In this document: piece by piece, positions 12,250 to 25,582 of the stretch
Layout of the letters: every line of letters begins with the position of its first letter
Position numbering within the stretch: position 1 is the first letter of the stretch
NCBI GenBank assembly: GCA_029953675.1
Contig: JAMWBK010000012.1
Span: 496,001 to 560,000 of the forward strand
Source: Rhodosorus marinus CCMP1338
Taxonomy: Eukaryota > Plantae > Rhodophyta
Direction of reading: 5' to 3'
Length of the DNA: 64,000 bases
Translations under genes and position numbers: made by a program
Notes under the pieces: model-generated
The model's database searches: none
Told to the model about the DNA's origin: nothing
What the model saw: only the letters and a program-made list of their open reading frames with translations

Positions 12250-13725
12250 AGTTGAATGAATTTGGGTAATCCAGACTGAAAGAAAAACCCCGAGCGAAAA
12301 AAAAGAATATGCGAGGCGAAGATCGCGTGCCTCCAACATCGAACGAATGGTTTAATCGGAGGCTGAAAAAAAAAACCCCGAGGGGAAAAAAAGACTAAGC
12401 GCGGCGAAGTACTCGCGCCTCCAACATCAAAGCGGCATTCATGCGCCACAACAGGAAACTTAAACGGGTAAACAACGATTGAAGACGGTCAGGGCGTTCG
12501 CGGAACAACTCCCGAAGCCAGCGAGAACCAACAGAGTCCATGAACCCAAAGCACTCAATGATCAGGGGTACCAAGCGATGTGCTAGTGCCGAAGCACGAA
12601 CACCAGGGGAAGACAAAGCCCCCGCGTATTTGATCTCTTTGCGGCGTCTCATGCTGGCGGCGGCAGATCCACGGCGCTCCCCCGCAGCCGGGAGATAACG
12701 ACTAGCTTGAGGGTTAGGAACAACAAGATCAACGTATGTGGTACGGCGGCTGTCGTCACAGGTGATCACCGGTCGGCTACACGGCGTTCATCATTTTGAA
12801 AGTCCGCGACGGGTAAAGGTTTCTCACGTTCGATTTCCAGACCGGCTTGCTGGACTATAGGCCGAAGTTCCCGGTATAACAGGTTCAAGATCCGTGTATG
12901 GCGGCGGGTTCGAGCACCTTTCACCGCCGGGCAACTAGCGAGCAGGTGGGCGCCAAAATCTGCGTTGTCTTCAGTCTGAGAGCAGAGAGGGCACGACGAA
13001 CCCATCTCGTACGGCCAAGGGGGCTGATGTAAGCCGAGGTATAAGCGCAGTGAAGTACGCACTTCGAAATCCGACAGTGTGAGTGGCGGAAAGGCTGGTA
13101 CGGTCATGAGCCACTGAGAGCTAATAACTCCTCCAAGACTACGTAGGCGGGCGCGAGCGCGAGAAGATGAGACCATCTGCGCGAGGAGTCGGCCATATGC
13201 AGCACGGTGCAAGTCCCCCACCATCAAAGCATCGTTCATACGACACATCAAGAAACTTACACGGATAAACAAAAAGCAGAGACGGTCAGGGCGTTCGCGG
13301 AACACGCTAGACCCGGAGAACGAATGCCTGGGGAAAAAAAATGCCCTCGCATATTTCAACTCTTTACGAGGTCTCATACTGGCAGCGGCAAATCGACGGC
13401 GCTCTCGCGCAGCCGGCAAATAAAGACTAGGCTGAGGATTAGGAACACAAGATCAAAGTATGTCTTACGGCGGGTTCGTCACGGGTGAACACGAGGTCAG
13501 CCACTCGGTGTTCATCATTTTGGCAGTCTGCAACAGGCAGGAGCTTCTCACGCTAAATTTTAAGACCCGCTTGCTGTGTAATGTAGGCCGAAATTTGCGG
13601 TATGCAGGTCCAAGATCCGCGTATGTCGGCAGGTTCGGGGGCCTTTCACGCAGGGCAGTTGGCAAGCGGACAGGCGCCAACATGCGCGGTCGCTTCATTC
13701 CGAGAGCATAGAGGACATGGCGAAC
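12250..13725 (-). mobile_element. Old family A copy (12250-12340 and 13216-13725) interrupted by a young A copy (12341-13215)
   Basis: Young copy differs from 42906-43785 at about 8 positions including a 1-nt deletion near 12769; old copy resumes at CCA(A/C)CATCAAAGC on the right side. Confidence 0.85.
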
Positions 13726-13929
13726 GCTCGGTAAAGCACTTACGTAGCTACTCCAAGCCTGACTTTTCCAGATGCCCAAAGGTTTTCCCAATGAAAGGCT
13801 GGAACCTGTGAGACCGGCCCTCTTCCCGGCGAAGACTGGCCATGCTCTCAGCGTACCGTCGTTCCTTCACGCCGAGAAGTACAGAAGCTGCTGCCCCCCT
13901 GCGGAGAGCGGCAGAAGCGAGGCAGCATG
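13726..13929 (-). mobile_element. Family B RLE fragment
   Basis: VKERRYAESMASLRREEGRSHRFQPFIGKTFGHLEKSGLE. Confidence 0.8.
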
Positions 13930-13932
13930 TAT

Positions 13933-16900
13933 TGGGAGTGTATAACCAAGGCTTTTTGTATGCGAAGGCTTCTAGCTTTTTAGGGGTCATGCCGCGCCTG
14001 ATTCTGGCACCCACCACACATCGGAGCGCAGACGGCGCGTCCGAGAACGACTGCACATGTTCCTGAATGGGGAAATTGAGGTGTTGCAGCAAAGCTACTT
14101 GGCGTTATCGGAGTACTCTGTCCGTCGGGCTCGGACTGGGCCAGTCTCCCCCGTGACGACTCGAGTGCAGATATTGGTGGCGGTTGGCGACTTGAGTCGT
14201 GCGGCACGGGTCTTGGACAGCTAGGCGCTGGTCCTCCACTACGACGAGAGCCTCGATCAGACTGTGTCGGCTTTGTTCCCGTCGTCCGACGTGGACTTGC
14301 TCCCCGAATTCGAGGCACTTTTGGACCGTCCAGAGTTGGCTAGGTTTCGCATCGATCTGACGCTCCGTGAGTCTGATCTGGAGGATTTACTCCGGACCTC
14401 CTGTCGTGGACGCTGCCCTGGACCCTCCGGGCTACGAACGGAATCACTGCAGGCCCTGAGCAAGCCTGGCCATAGCGCACTGGTGAAGATCCTGAATACG
14501 CTGTCCTGGGTGCAGGGGGTGCGTCTGCCCTTTGGGACCATCTGCGACGGGCACAGCTTTGCTTGCTAACGAAACCCGACCACGAGCCGGCACACCCGCG
14601 TCTCCTGCCGATCGGCATGGTAGAGAGTCTACAGCAGCTCGCCGGGAGGTAGCTATGCCAGCGCCTAGAGTCACCGCTTTTATGGCGCCTTGGAGGGTAG
14701 GGGTGGGATTTCCGGGGGTTGCGAACTGACCACTCATGCGATCGAGCTCGAGCGAGCCAGTAGGCCGGATTGGGGCGTTTTGGTGGTTGAATTCCGTAAC
14801 GCGTTCAACAGCGTCTCGCGGACGCATGCTTTGGAGGTGATTCGAAGGGTATTCCGGGAGGCGTGGCCGTTTCTATCCGGTAATTACGGAAGGGGAAGCC
14901 TCCCTTACTTGGCAACGCAGAGCTCTGTTTTTGCAGCACGTGCTGGCGTTCAACAGGGTGATCCTTGTGGGTCTGTACTTCACGCCTGTGCCTTGCAGCT
15001 CGTGCTCCTGCGACTGGCGGCTGAACCCCGCCGGATCTTCGACTCTGTGCCTACCACGACGACGTGACGTTGCTGGGCACCCCTGAGACCTTGGCTCGGG
15101 GATTGACCCAGATCGAAGCAATAGCACGTGGAGTAGGTCTGACCGTGGAACCCGAAAAATGCCTTTTTCATGCCCCGCGAGAAGTTTCGACGGGCTCCCT
15201 GCCATCTAATCTCAGAGTCTTTGGTGAAATTGAGGGGTTAACGTTCACCAAAGACTCGGAGACTACCATGGCGTCGGTTTGGGGAGTGACAACTTCGTGC
15301 AAGACTCCTGCGAACGAGTTCTAGCAGGACATAAGCAGCTCACTGACGCCATTGAGAACCTACCGGACAGCATGCTACAATCTGCAAGCCTGTTTTCCCG
15401 CTTTTGTGCCGGCCCCGGGCTGAATTACAGGCTGCGAAGCCTTCCACCACTATGGGGCTCGTGGGTGGCAGCCAAGGCGGGCGAGGCGATGCTGAAGCAC
15501 TGGGGACGCTCTTGGATGAACCCCTGGATGCTAAAGCGGCTCCTGACAGGGACCTAATGCGTGCCCAGATTTTCCTACCGTTGCGATTAGGTGGATTTGG
15601 AGTGGCCGACCGTGGACTCGTATGCTCGCCTGCGGCGGTCGCCTCCTGGGCTACCGCGCTTCGCACCTTGGTGAGTTTTCGGATGCGAAGTGCCTGCCTT
15701 TTGGCTAGAGCACGGACTAGCGAAGACCCCGCGGCCCTTCCGCCACCGCCTTTGAGTATCTATGATGCTCTGGAACAGGCGTTCAGTAAGTGCAACGCCG
15801 TACCGTACCGGACGAGAATCCATCCACGTTCCAATACTGGAGAGCGCTGTTATGGGAACGTACTGAGGCCATCGAGGACTCTCCCATCCACAGAGTCCTC
15901 GCAGACGAGGGGGAAGCCAACCCCGGGTCACCTGTTCCAGATTACCCGGGTCTGAGCCGATTGTGGAGCTCGCGCACTGATGTGATTCATAGCCTCACCT
16001 GGGGCCAACGCAGTGCCGCTCACGCAATCTTGCTCAACTCTCCCCTCACACTGGACTTTACTGGACTTTACTGGACTTTACTAGCATAGCCTGAAGCGCT
16101 ACGCAAGGCGTGAAGATGAACTAATAACTAGGGAGGGAAGCATGAAACCCCAGGCGCCGATGGCGCGCCTCGGAAAGCATGTCGCTGGAATATCGCCAAA
16201 GGGACTTTACTAGCCTAGCCTGACGGCGGCGGGCGGCTGCGGTGAGGTGGGCGCTGGCCACGGGGCAGGTAATCGCAAGGTCCACATATGTTAGCGTCTG
16301 GCAGCAGCGTCGGAGACGAGGAGATCGGCTATACAACGGGGCGGTGCAGAGTCCGAGATTGATCTGGGCAGTTCCGACTGAACCTCAACCGTATGCCCTA
16401 TCCGAGTCAAAAATTCGCTGAGGATGTACTTGAGGCGAGTGTGACGCCTCGTACGGAGACCTCTCAACAGTCCGCAGGAACCCAGGAAGTGGTAGCCACA
16501 AGCGTCAATCCGGTTCTCACATCCCTGACAGAAAGACGGCCGACTAGAGTGCCACGGAACCTGTGGCAAACCGAGATAGATCCGTGCGGCAGAACGAAAC
16601 TGGAAAGCATCGAGACGATGACTCAATGACGACGGTAGAGTGGTTAACCACAAGTGCGAGAGGTGGCCTCCCATGCCGCGGAGACGAGCGGCAGTGGTAG
16701 GCGGCGTGAGAGGAGAATTGAGCATGACTGTGTGAGCGGCATTGTGTTGGCCCCAGGTGAGCCCTCACACCGCCTACCACCGCCGCTCGCCTCCGCGGCA
16801 TGGGAGGCAACCTGTCGCGCTTGTGGTTAACCACACTGCCTTCGTCACTGGGTCACCGTCTCGAAGCCTTTCAGTTCAGCTCTGTTGCAAAGATCTACCT

Positions 16901-17594
16901 GGGTTTGCCACAAGCTCCATGGCACTCTAATCGGCAGTCTTTCTGTCAGGGATGTGAGAGTCGGATCGATGTTTGTGGTTAGCACTTCTTAGGTTCATGC
17001 GGACTGTTGAGAGGTCTTCGTATGAGGCGTCACACTCGCTTCAAGTACATTCTCAGCAAATGTTTGACTCGGGTTTGGCATTCGGTTGAGGTCGAATCGG
17101 AACTACCCAGATCGGTCTCAGATAGGGCACCGCCCGGCTGTATCGCAGATCTTTTCGTCTCTGATGCTGCTGCCAGGCGCTCAGCATATGTTGACATCGC
17201 GATCACATGCCCTGTGACAAGCGCCCATCTCACGGCTGCCGCCCGCCGCCGGGGAGCAGCTGCTTCGGCCCTTCGCCGCGTGAAGGAACGACGGTATGCT
17301 GAGAGTATGGCCAGCCTGCCTCGCGCTGAGGGTCGCTCCCACCGGTTCCAGCCTTTCATTGTGGAAAGCTTTGGTCACGTGGAGAAGTCGGGTTTGGAGT
17401 GGTTGCGGAAATGTTTTACTGAGCATCCTGTTGAATACTTGGAATTTTTTGCGGCGTTTAAGTGTCTCTCTGTGGCGATATTTCGAGTAGCATGCTTGCC
17501 GAGGCGCGCCATAGGCGCCTGGGTTTGCACGCTTCCCTACCTAGTTCTTAGTTCCTTTTCACGCCTTGCGTAGAGCTTCAGGCTATGCTAATAA
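13933..17594 (+). mobile_element. Long degenerate family B copy (RT to 3' end, many frameshifts), split by a nested insertion at 16052-16761
   Basis: Translates piecewise to RLHMFLNGEIEVL, GRCPGPSGLR, GVQQGDPCGS, AYHDDVT, LPLRLGGFG and the RLE motifs; collinear with A ORF2. Confidence 0.9.
16052..16761 (-). mobile_element. Nested inverted family B insertion (two tail-bearing segments) with 9-bp TSD CCCTCACAC
   Basis: TSD at 16043-16051 and 16762-16770; tails at 16052 and 16201. Confidence 0.88.
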
Positions 17595-19986
17595 CGCTGT
17601 TCCAGGGTGCAGGGGGTGCGTCTGCCCCTTGGGACCATCTGCGACGGGCACAGCTTTGCTTGTTAACGAAACCCGACCACCAGCCGGCACACCCGCGTCT
17701 CCGGCCGATCGGCATGGTTGAGAGTCTAACGGAAACTCGCCGGGAGGTGGCTATGCCAGCGCCTACGCCAGCGAATCACCGCCTTTATGGCACCTTGGCA
17801 GGTAGGGGTGGGATTTTCCGGGGGGTGCGAACTAATCACCCATACGATCGAGCTCGAGCGAGCCAGTAGGCCTGATTGGGGCGTTTTGGTAGTTGGCTTC
17901 CGTAACGCGTTCAACAGCGTCTCGCGGACGCATGTTTTGGAGGTGATTCGCAGGGTATTCCCGTAGGCGTGGCCGTTCATATCCGGTATTTACCCTGGGG
18001 GGAGCCTCCCTTACTTGACAACGCAGGGCTCTGTTTTTGCAGCACGTACTGGCGTTCAACACGGTGATCCTTGTGGGCCGGTACTTCACGCCTGTGCCTT
18101 GCAGCTCGTGCTCCAGCGACTGGCGGCTGACGTGCCGGAGCTTCGCATCTGTGCCTACCATGACAACGTGACGTTGCTGGGCACTCCTGAGCACTTGGCT
18201 CGGGGACTGACCCAGATCGAAGCAATCGCACGTGGAGTAGGTCTAACCGTGGAACCCGAAAAATGCCGTTTTATCGGCACGCGTGAAGTTTCGAGGGCCT
18301 CCCTGCCACCTAGTCTCCGGCCCTTGGTGAACATGCGGGGCTCGAGCACCATGGCGTCGGTTTGGCCAGTGACAACTTTGTCCAAGACTCTTGCGAACGA
18401 GTTTTAGCGCGCCATAATCAGCTCACTGACGCCATTGAGCCCCTACCGGATAGCATGCTCCAATCGGCCTGCCTGCTCTCCCGCTTTTGTGCCGGCCCCC
18501 GACTGAATTACTGGCTGCGAAGCCTTCCACCGCACTGGGGCTCGTGGATGGCAGCCAAGGCGGACGAGGTGACGCTGAAGCACTGGGGAACGCTCCTGGA
18601 TGAACCCCTGGATGTGGAAGCGGCTCCTGACAGGGACCTAAAATTCGTGGCCAGATTTCCCTACCTTTACGATTAGGCGGATTTGGAGTGGCCGGCCGTG
18701 GACACGTATGCTCGACAGCGTCGGTCGCCTCCTGGGCTAGCGCCGCTTCGCACCTTGGTGAGTTTTCAGAGCGAAGTGCTTGCCTTTTGGCTAGAGCACT
18801 GGCTAGCGAAGACCCCGTGACCCTTCCGCCGCCGCTTTTGAGTATCTATGATGCTCTGCAACAGACGTTCAGCAAGTGCAATGCCGTGCCGGACGGGAGC
18901 CGATCCAGATTTCGCTCCTGGAAGGAGCTGTTATGGGGGCGAACTGAGGCGCTCGAGGACTCTCCCATCGACAGAGTACTCGCCGACGAGGGGGAAGCTA
19001 GCCCCGGGTCACCGGTTGCCGATTACCCGGGTCTGAGCCGATTGTGGAGCTCGCGCACTGATGTGATACAACATAGCCTCACCTGGGGCCAAACAGCGCC
19101 GCTCAGGCAATCTTGCTCAACTCTCCCCTCACACCGCCTACCACCGCCGCTCCCCTCCGCGGCATGGGAGGCCATCTTTAACATTTGTGGTTAACGACCC
19201 TGCCGTCATCACTGGGTCACCGTCTGGATGCCTTCCAGTTTCGCTCCGCCGCACGGATTTACCTGGGTTTGCCACAAGCTCCGTGGCACTCTAATCGGCC
19301 GTCTTTCTGTCAGGGATGTGAGAGTCGGATCGATGTTTGTGGTTACCATTTCTTAGGTTCATGCGGACTGTTGAGAGGTCTTCGTACGAGGCGTCACACT
19401 CCCTTCAAGTACATTCTCAGCGAACGTCTGACTCGGGTAGGGCATACGGTTGAGGTGGAATCGGAACTACCCAGATCGGTCTCAGATAGGGCACCGCCCC
19501 GCTGTATCGCAGATCTCCTCGTCTCCGATGCTGCGCCAGACGCTCAGCATATGTTGACCTCGCGATTACATGCCCTGTGGCAAGCGCCCATCTCACGGCT
19601 GCCGCCCGTCGCCGGGGAGTAGCTGCTTCGGCCCTTCGCCGCGTGAAGGAACGACGGTATGCTGAGAGTATGGCCAGCCTGCCTCACGCTGAGGGTCGGT
19701 CCCACCGGTTCCAGCCTTTCATTGTGGAAAGCTTTGGTCACGTGGAGAAGTCAGGTTTGGAGTGGTTGCGGAAATTTTTCACTGAGCATCCTGTTGAATA
19801 CTTGGAATTTTTTGCGGCGTTTAAGTGTCTCTCTGTGGCGATATTCGAGCAGCATGCTTGCCGAGGCGCGCCATCGGCGCCTGGGTTTGCACGCTTTCCT
19901 ACCTAGTTCTTAGGTCCTTTTCACGGTTTGTGTAGCGCTGTAGGCTATGCTAATAAAGCCAATAAAGCCCAGTAAAGCCCAAAGCT
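17595..19986 (+). mobile_element. Second long degenerate family B copy, head-to-tail with the first
   Basis: GVQHGDPCGP, AYHDNVT, CQGC...HFLGSC knuckle, RLE motifs; tail AATAAAGCCAATAAAGCCCAGTAAAGCCC. Confidence 0.9.
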
Positions 19987-20289
19987 CATGTATCCATATG
20001 TGTTTGGAAAATTCTCCTAAGCAAAAAACATACTCAAAGCGTCAAATTTGTTTTTGGAGGAGCGCAAGGCATTCGCCGGATTGAAAATCTCAACGAGTGG
20101 GTTTGAGGTTTCGGTTGGGGAAGGTCTTGTTTGTCTGAGGTAATTTTTTTGGATGAAATATCTGATTTTGATCAATGACATCTCCGCAGCACCTCGCACC
20201 CATTCCCTCCGCTCCTCATTTCTTCTTCGCTGTTCGAGGGCGTAGGAAGGCTTGGAAGAGATCCGCCAATATTAGAAACCTACTCAAAG

Positions 20290-20620
20290 CATCTTTCAGA
20301 GGGTTACTTTCCCGGAGAGTATGGCCAATCTCCCCTACGCTGTGGGGAGGGCGCAAAGGATTCAGCCTTTCGCTGAGGAAAGCTGTAGTCACCATGAAAG
20401 TTCATGCTTGGAATGGCTTCGCAAACGTTTTACCGACCATCCCGCCAAGTACCTTGATGGATTGTACTGCAACGCCAAGTATCTTACCCTCCGGTTCAGC
20501 GTCGCTTCGTGCGGATATTCTAGCAGCATGCTAGCCGAGGCTCGATACGGCCGCCTTGGCCTGCACTCTTCGCTCTTCGTGTCGGCTTTTAGAACGCCCT
20601 GCGTAGCGCGTAAGCCTCTG
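20290..20620 (+). mobile_element. Diverged family B 3' fragment
   Basis: RIQPFAEESCSHHESSCLEWLRKRFTDHP, SSSMLAEARYGRLGLH. Confidence 0.75.
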
Positions 20621-21281
20621 TTTGTAAACCCATCACCACTACCACCTTTCCCTACTGAAAGGAGTCATTGTCCGGTTTGTTTGGTCTCCTAATTTCGCGC
20701 TCGCCATGCATTGTGGATGGTGGAGGTTGCCTTGGAAGGGTTAAAATCCACGCGAAAACAGCAAGTTTTGAAGAGAGAGCGGAGATCTTTCATTCTCTGG
20801 AGACAGAGACAGAGAACCAATCCTTTTGACTAAAGAAAGTTTCGTCTCCTCTCTCACACTCCCTCTCCCCTCTCGGCACACCACAATCGAGAGGCACACC
20901 CGCCCTACTGCGGTGTGGGGGTTACTGGCATGCGCCCTTCTCAGGCTAAAACAAAACCAAAAAAAACTGGGCATTGATTTATTGGCAAATTTGTAACTAA
21001 CACGCGTCCAGATTTAACCAATTAAAACAACTGACAACTCAGAAATCGGTTGAAAATATTTCTATATTATTGCAAATAGATTTTTACTCCAGAAAACGCC
21101 AATCTGCCACTTATCGCTTTATGATTTGTTCATTATCGCCAATCAAATCATTTTCGACCAATTTAGTCACTAGTATATATACACGTGTCATTTTCAAACC
21201 AATAAAGTCCGAGCTTTAAAAGTGCTTACAAAAAGTTTTGTCCAATCATTAACACAGAAGAGAAGTTTTGGAAACCCATAG

Positions 21282-21587
21282 GAAGAGAAGAAGCATTTTC
21301 CTTTAAACCTAAAGGACACGGATGGCAACTGGGACGAGTCAGATCGGTTCGTGAAGGTGATAGCAAAGCTTAGTAGCGGACGAGTGACCATTGATTGCAC
21401 AACAATTAAGAATAAGGACCATAACCGGACTTGGAACGCGACTTTCAAGCATGTTGTGGGCGATATTGAGATCAGCGCTACGACTAGGATGGTGTTTCCA
21501 CTAGTAGGGAAACGCCCTCATGCGTACATGAATAGGAGTGCTGCTGCCGGGATGACTCAGACGTTGTTCATCGTCGATTGTGACTGA
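21282..21587 (+). other. Possible coding exon of unknown protein
   Basis: About 100 open codons after a CATAG acceptor-like site (EEKKHFPLNLKDTDGNW...LFIVDCD); no recognised family. Confidence 0.3.
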
Positions 21588-22972
21588 GAGCAGCTTTGAA
21601 AGTTCTCACGATTTGGTCATGTTCTCATACGTTGCGGAGAATTGAGAAGGCGGATTTCCAATGGTGTCCGTGCCGATATCAAAAGTAAGCAGGACAACTC
21701 GTCCATCCCCACAGAGTCCGTCCTAGTCCAACTGAACGGCTGCCAACGAAAATGGGTATTCAACCTACAACGGCATATGCAGTGCCGTTCAGAAGTACAA
21801 CCTACGGGAGCCTGCTCCTACTCGATGTGATTCAGGAAAGCTCTTGCTCGAGCCCGCAACTGTCGCTCCTCGGTACGTGTAATATCCGCACCATTTCCGG
21901 TATATGGCCTTGAGCCAACGTGTTCGCAGAAACACACCCACCACGGCCAAGCTCTCACCACGTCATCCGTTATCGACCGAAGCACACGAAAAGACGGCAA
22001 TATCCGTATTGACTTGGAGGGGTCGCTGTAGTGTAAGCGATAATTGTTTATGAAACAAACATAATGTGTGATCCAATAACAATTCAAGAAATAAAACGTT
22101 GGAGAAAATGCGGACAAAGAACGCACCAAACGCGACGTCTAATGATCGTCGCTAATAAATCCATTCAATAAATCCAAACGACATGATCGAATCTCCTAAA
22201 GATAAAATATATCGATAATATGCAATAGAAAAACTGTACAAATGCTTTTAAACAAAACTAAATTGCTTATATACAAAAATTATTGACATAACTATATAGT
22301 AAAAACAGGTCATACATGTTATTTAACGTCATGGTGCTATTTTTAGTTTCGGCGGCAGTCTTAGCAAGTGCAAGTTTTTGAAAATAAGGGTAATTAATAT
22401 AGAATCTATGATCATAAATATGGAGCAAAAAGAATAATATTCATGAATATTAATTCTGATGTCGATGTTTTAGACACAATATTCCCTAACTTAGGGGGTA
22501 AACATCGTTGGGAGGTGTGGCCAAATGCAAAGCTATTACTAGTTGATCGGGGTAGATTTCTGAATGTTTCTGGGCCTGTCCACTGGAAAATTTCAGCGGA
22601 TGCTATTTGAGCTTGATTGATACTATTCAGGATGCTCGGCAACGGCGATTCGGGACAGAACGGTATCGATAGAGTAGCATAGCACAGTTACGGCTCCAAA
22701 CATCCACTTCCACGCCTTAAGTGGATGTTCGGAGGCATTCGGAGCAAAACTCAGCTAGATTTTTTGGATCCGTTTTGGGGTGGGGAGGGAGGGGAGTGGA
22801 CGAAGACTTACGAATGAAATTTACGGGAATGTCAGATGGAAGTCTGGTAGGGATCAGAAATCCTGTGCAAATGGAGCCTGCAACACCGGACGGAGGGTGA
22901 GAAACGATGGTGAAGGTGCTGTTTAATCGGAGCCAGCGTTCATCAAAGGCGAGCGCTTAGATCTGGAGTTTG

Positions 22973-23048
22973 ACCCAAACTTCCGGCCGCTCCCTTACGA
23001 AGCTTTGAAGCTTTGAAGTCTCGTACGGGAGCGGCCGGAAGTTTGGGT
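22973..23048. repeat. Hairpin: 22 perfect bp, one mismatch, 5 more bp, 20-nt loop
   Basis: ACCCAAACTTCCGGCCGCTCCC / GGGAGCGGCCGGAAGTTTGGGT. Confidence 0.95.
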
Positions 23049-23193
23049 ATATAATGAGTTCGGGGGTGCGGGCGTTGGTGGAGAGGCCTGGGAGGGCAGA
23101 GTAGAGCAAAAGAGCCAAACTATATTTTGGAAATTATTCAGTATCGAGAAAAAGTCTTTTCCTGTGGTGATTTTGTTGAGTTCGCAAGAGAGA

Positions 23194-23421
23194 ATGAAGC
23201 TTGCGTCGATGGGTTCTTTGAGGTCTTTCCGCCTTCGCGGATCCAGCTTGAATGTGAACGACAATGACAAGCTGACGAAGAAGGATTCAAAGAAGGGCAA
23301 CGCCATGAATTCAGTTCTGGAGGACAAGGACAACTGGTTAAGTTCGATGGACGTTCTTGGGCATAGCGAGGATCTGGGTAGCGTCATGGACAGCAACGTC
23401 CAGCTATTCGATGATCTGTGA
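23194..23421 (+). CDS. Putative small protein (75 aa)
   Basis: ATG at 23194, TATATAA at 23048-23054, protein-like composition ending in acidic-hydrophobic VQLFDDL; no homology recognised. Confidence 0.35.
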   Translation: MKLASMGSLRSFRLRGSSLNVNDNDKLTKKDSKKGNAMNSVLEDKDNWLSSMDVLGHSEDLGSVMDSNVQLFDDL

Positions 23422-23738
23422 GGGGACGGCGTCGATCATATATTTGACATCAAATTTGGATTCCCAAGTTGACGGGGTAGTTTTATTCACGTGAATATTG
23501 TAAATGCGAACTGTTAATTTTGAACATAGAGAATTTCCCAGTCCAAACCAGAGACGAAGCCTAGGGAGCAGTAACAAACAGAAAACCCCCAAAAATAGGA
23601 CTTGTGCGAGGGAATTTACCTTTGGCAAGAGACTTAACACTTAGAAGAAACCCAAGCACAGGTGCAAGGCCTCTTCAATAGGCCTCTTCAATGAGAGGAC
23701 AATACAACCCCACGCAGAGTCGGTGGAGCTCAAGGTAT

Positions 23739-24640
23739 GGTGGTTTTCCAACATAGCGTTAAGCTCTACGCGGGGCGGAAATTGATATAGGTACTAGGGT
23801 CAAAAAAAAAGAAGAAAGCGTGCAAGTCCAGGCAGTGGGGGCGGGGCTCGGCGATCGTGCTGCTAGAATATCGCCAAAGAGCGTAGCTTAAACGGCGCAG
23901 GAGTACTAGATAGCAGGATGGTCAGTAAAACAATTCCGCAGTCACTCCAAGTTAGACTTTTCAAGATGGCCAGAGATCGGCCCACTGCACGGGGGAGACT
24001 GGCAATGCTCTCGGCGTACCGTCGGTCCCTCAGTCTTCGAAGAACCCGAAGCTGCTCCACCACGGCGTCGAGTTGAAGGGAGGAGACAGGTACTTGACAC
24101 AGGGCTGGTGACCGCGAGGTCCGCATATGCTGAGCGTCTGGCGGTTACGGCCGATTCCCGGAGATCTGCAGTGCAACGAGGCACGTTGTGGCAGGGACTG
24201 ATCGGGGCAGTTCCGATTCAACCTCGACTGTGTGGCCAGCCGAGCTCCAATGCTCGCTCAAGATGTACTTCAGGCGGGTGTGATGTTTCGTATGATAACC
24301 TCTCATCGGTTCCACGCGAGCCCAGAAAGTGGTAACCACAACCGTCGATACGACTCTCACCGCCGTGGCAAAAGGAAGCTCGACTAGATTAAGAAGCGGC
24401 CTGTGCCAAACCCAGGTAGATCCGTGCACTGTCCGGAACTGGAAGACGTCCAGACGATGTTGGCCAAGTGACGAGGGCAGAGTGGTTAAAGACATTGGGA
24501 TAGATAGATGACCTCCCATGCAGCGTAGACAGGCCGCGGTTTTGGGCGGTGTGAGCGCCCACAACCGCGGCCTGTCTGGTGTGAGTATAGAGCTGAGCAA
24601 GATTGCGTGTGTGCAGGATGTTTTTACGAACCTGACACTC
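23739..24640 (-). mobile_element. Diverged family B 3' 900 bp with an internal inverted templated insertion (24556-24577)
   Basis: RRYAESIASL, RHTRLKYIL-like and GHTVEVESELP motifs; GGTGGTTTT tail. Confidence 0.8.
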
Positions 24641-25582
24641 CCATTTTTACCATGATGTGCTCGACCCTCAGGCTGGCAAACGGGCCTGAGAGCATTGGGT
24701 AGGCAGTCCGTCGTGGCCTTACTGGGTAGGATAAAACTACGGATGTTGGGAGGCGCTTGACCTACGCCTCCAATTTCTCCTCAGTGTCTTTGTTTTCGTT
24801 TTTGGAAGTCACCGAAATAACACGTTCAATCTCTGGCGCTGTAATGCACGATTCGTCACGCTCTCTGCGTCCCTACTCACTACTTTTTTTATTCGATGCG
24901 CAACAACCCTGAGAGGAAGACATTCAAATCTATGCCTCTACAATCGCTGAAAAACTAGTCAGCCAATATTGTAAATGATTGACTTATGTTTCAGTCAACA
25001 TCTGCGGGGAGGCATCGAGCTGGCAGTCGCCCGGCAGTAAGTGCGGCTGCCATCCGAATGTAAGCAGATTGACCGTCACCGTCATCAAAGTGAGGATGTT
25101 TATGATGGGATAAATACGCATCGATTAGCACTGTGCTTTGCTGATCTGACTTTGGATAAATGTAAGAAGTATGACGGACTACACAAAGGATTACCTACAG
25201 CCAGAGGAAATTTTTCATCATTTGGTTTTTGACCAGGCCTCGGCCTCCGGGTATCCAGAGGAGGAAAATTTGACCACGCGACCTTGTGTTGAAAAAGGGA
25301 CTGACGATGAAAGGCCTTAAAATCAGCATCCCGAAGTTTAAACACAAGAGAACTTCCCCGCAAGAGCTCCATGATTTTAACGTCTTTCGTGATAGTCCCT
25401 CGCTTTTCAAGGATCGCTTGGTCAATCTGTCCTTACATGGGCTAAGTTGACTGAACTTAAGAATTCTCTAAAATATGGCTTTGGTGGAGGAATAGTTCTA
25501 GATTATGAAACTACTATTGGATATTTTTGAAAAAAGCGAGTAATTTATTCAATACTCCCTATATTAAGTGTAAATCGGAATC

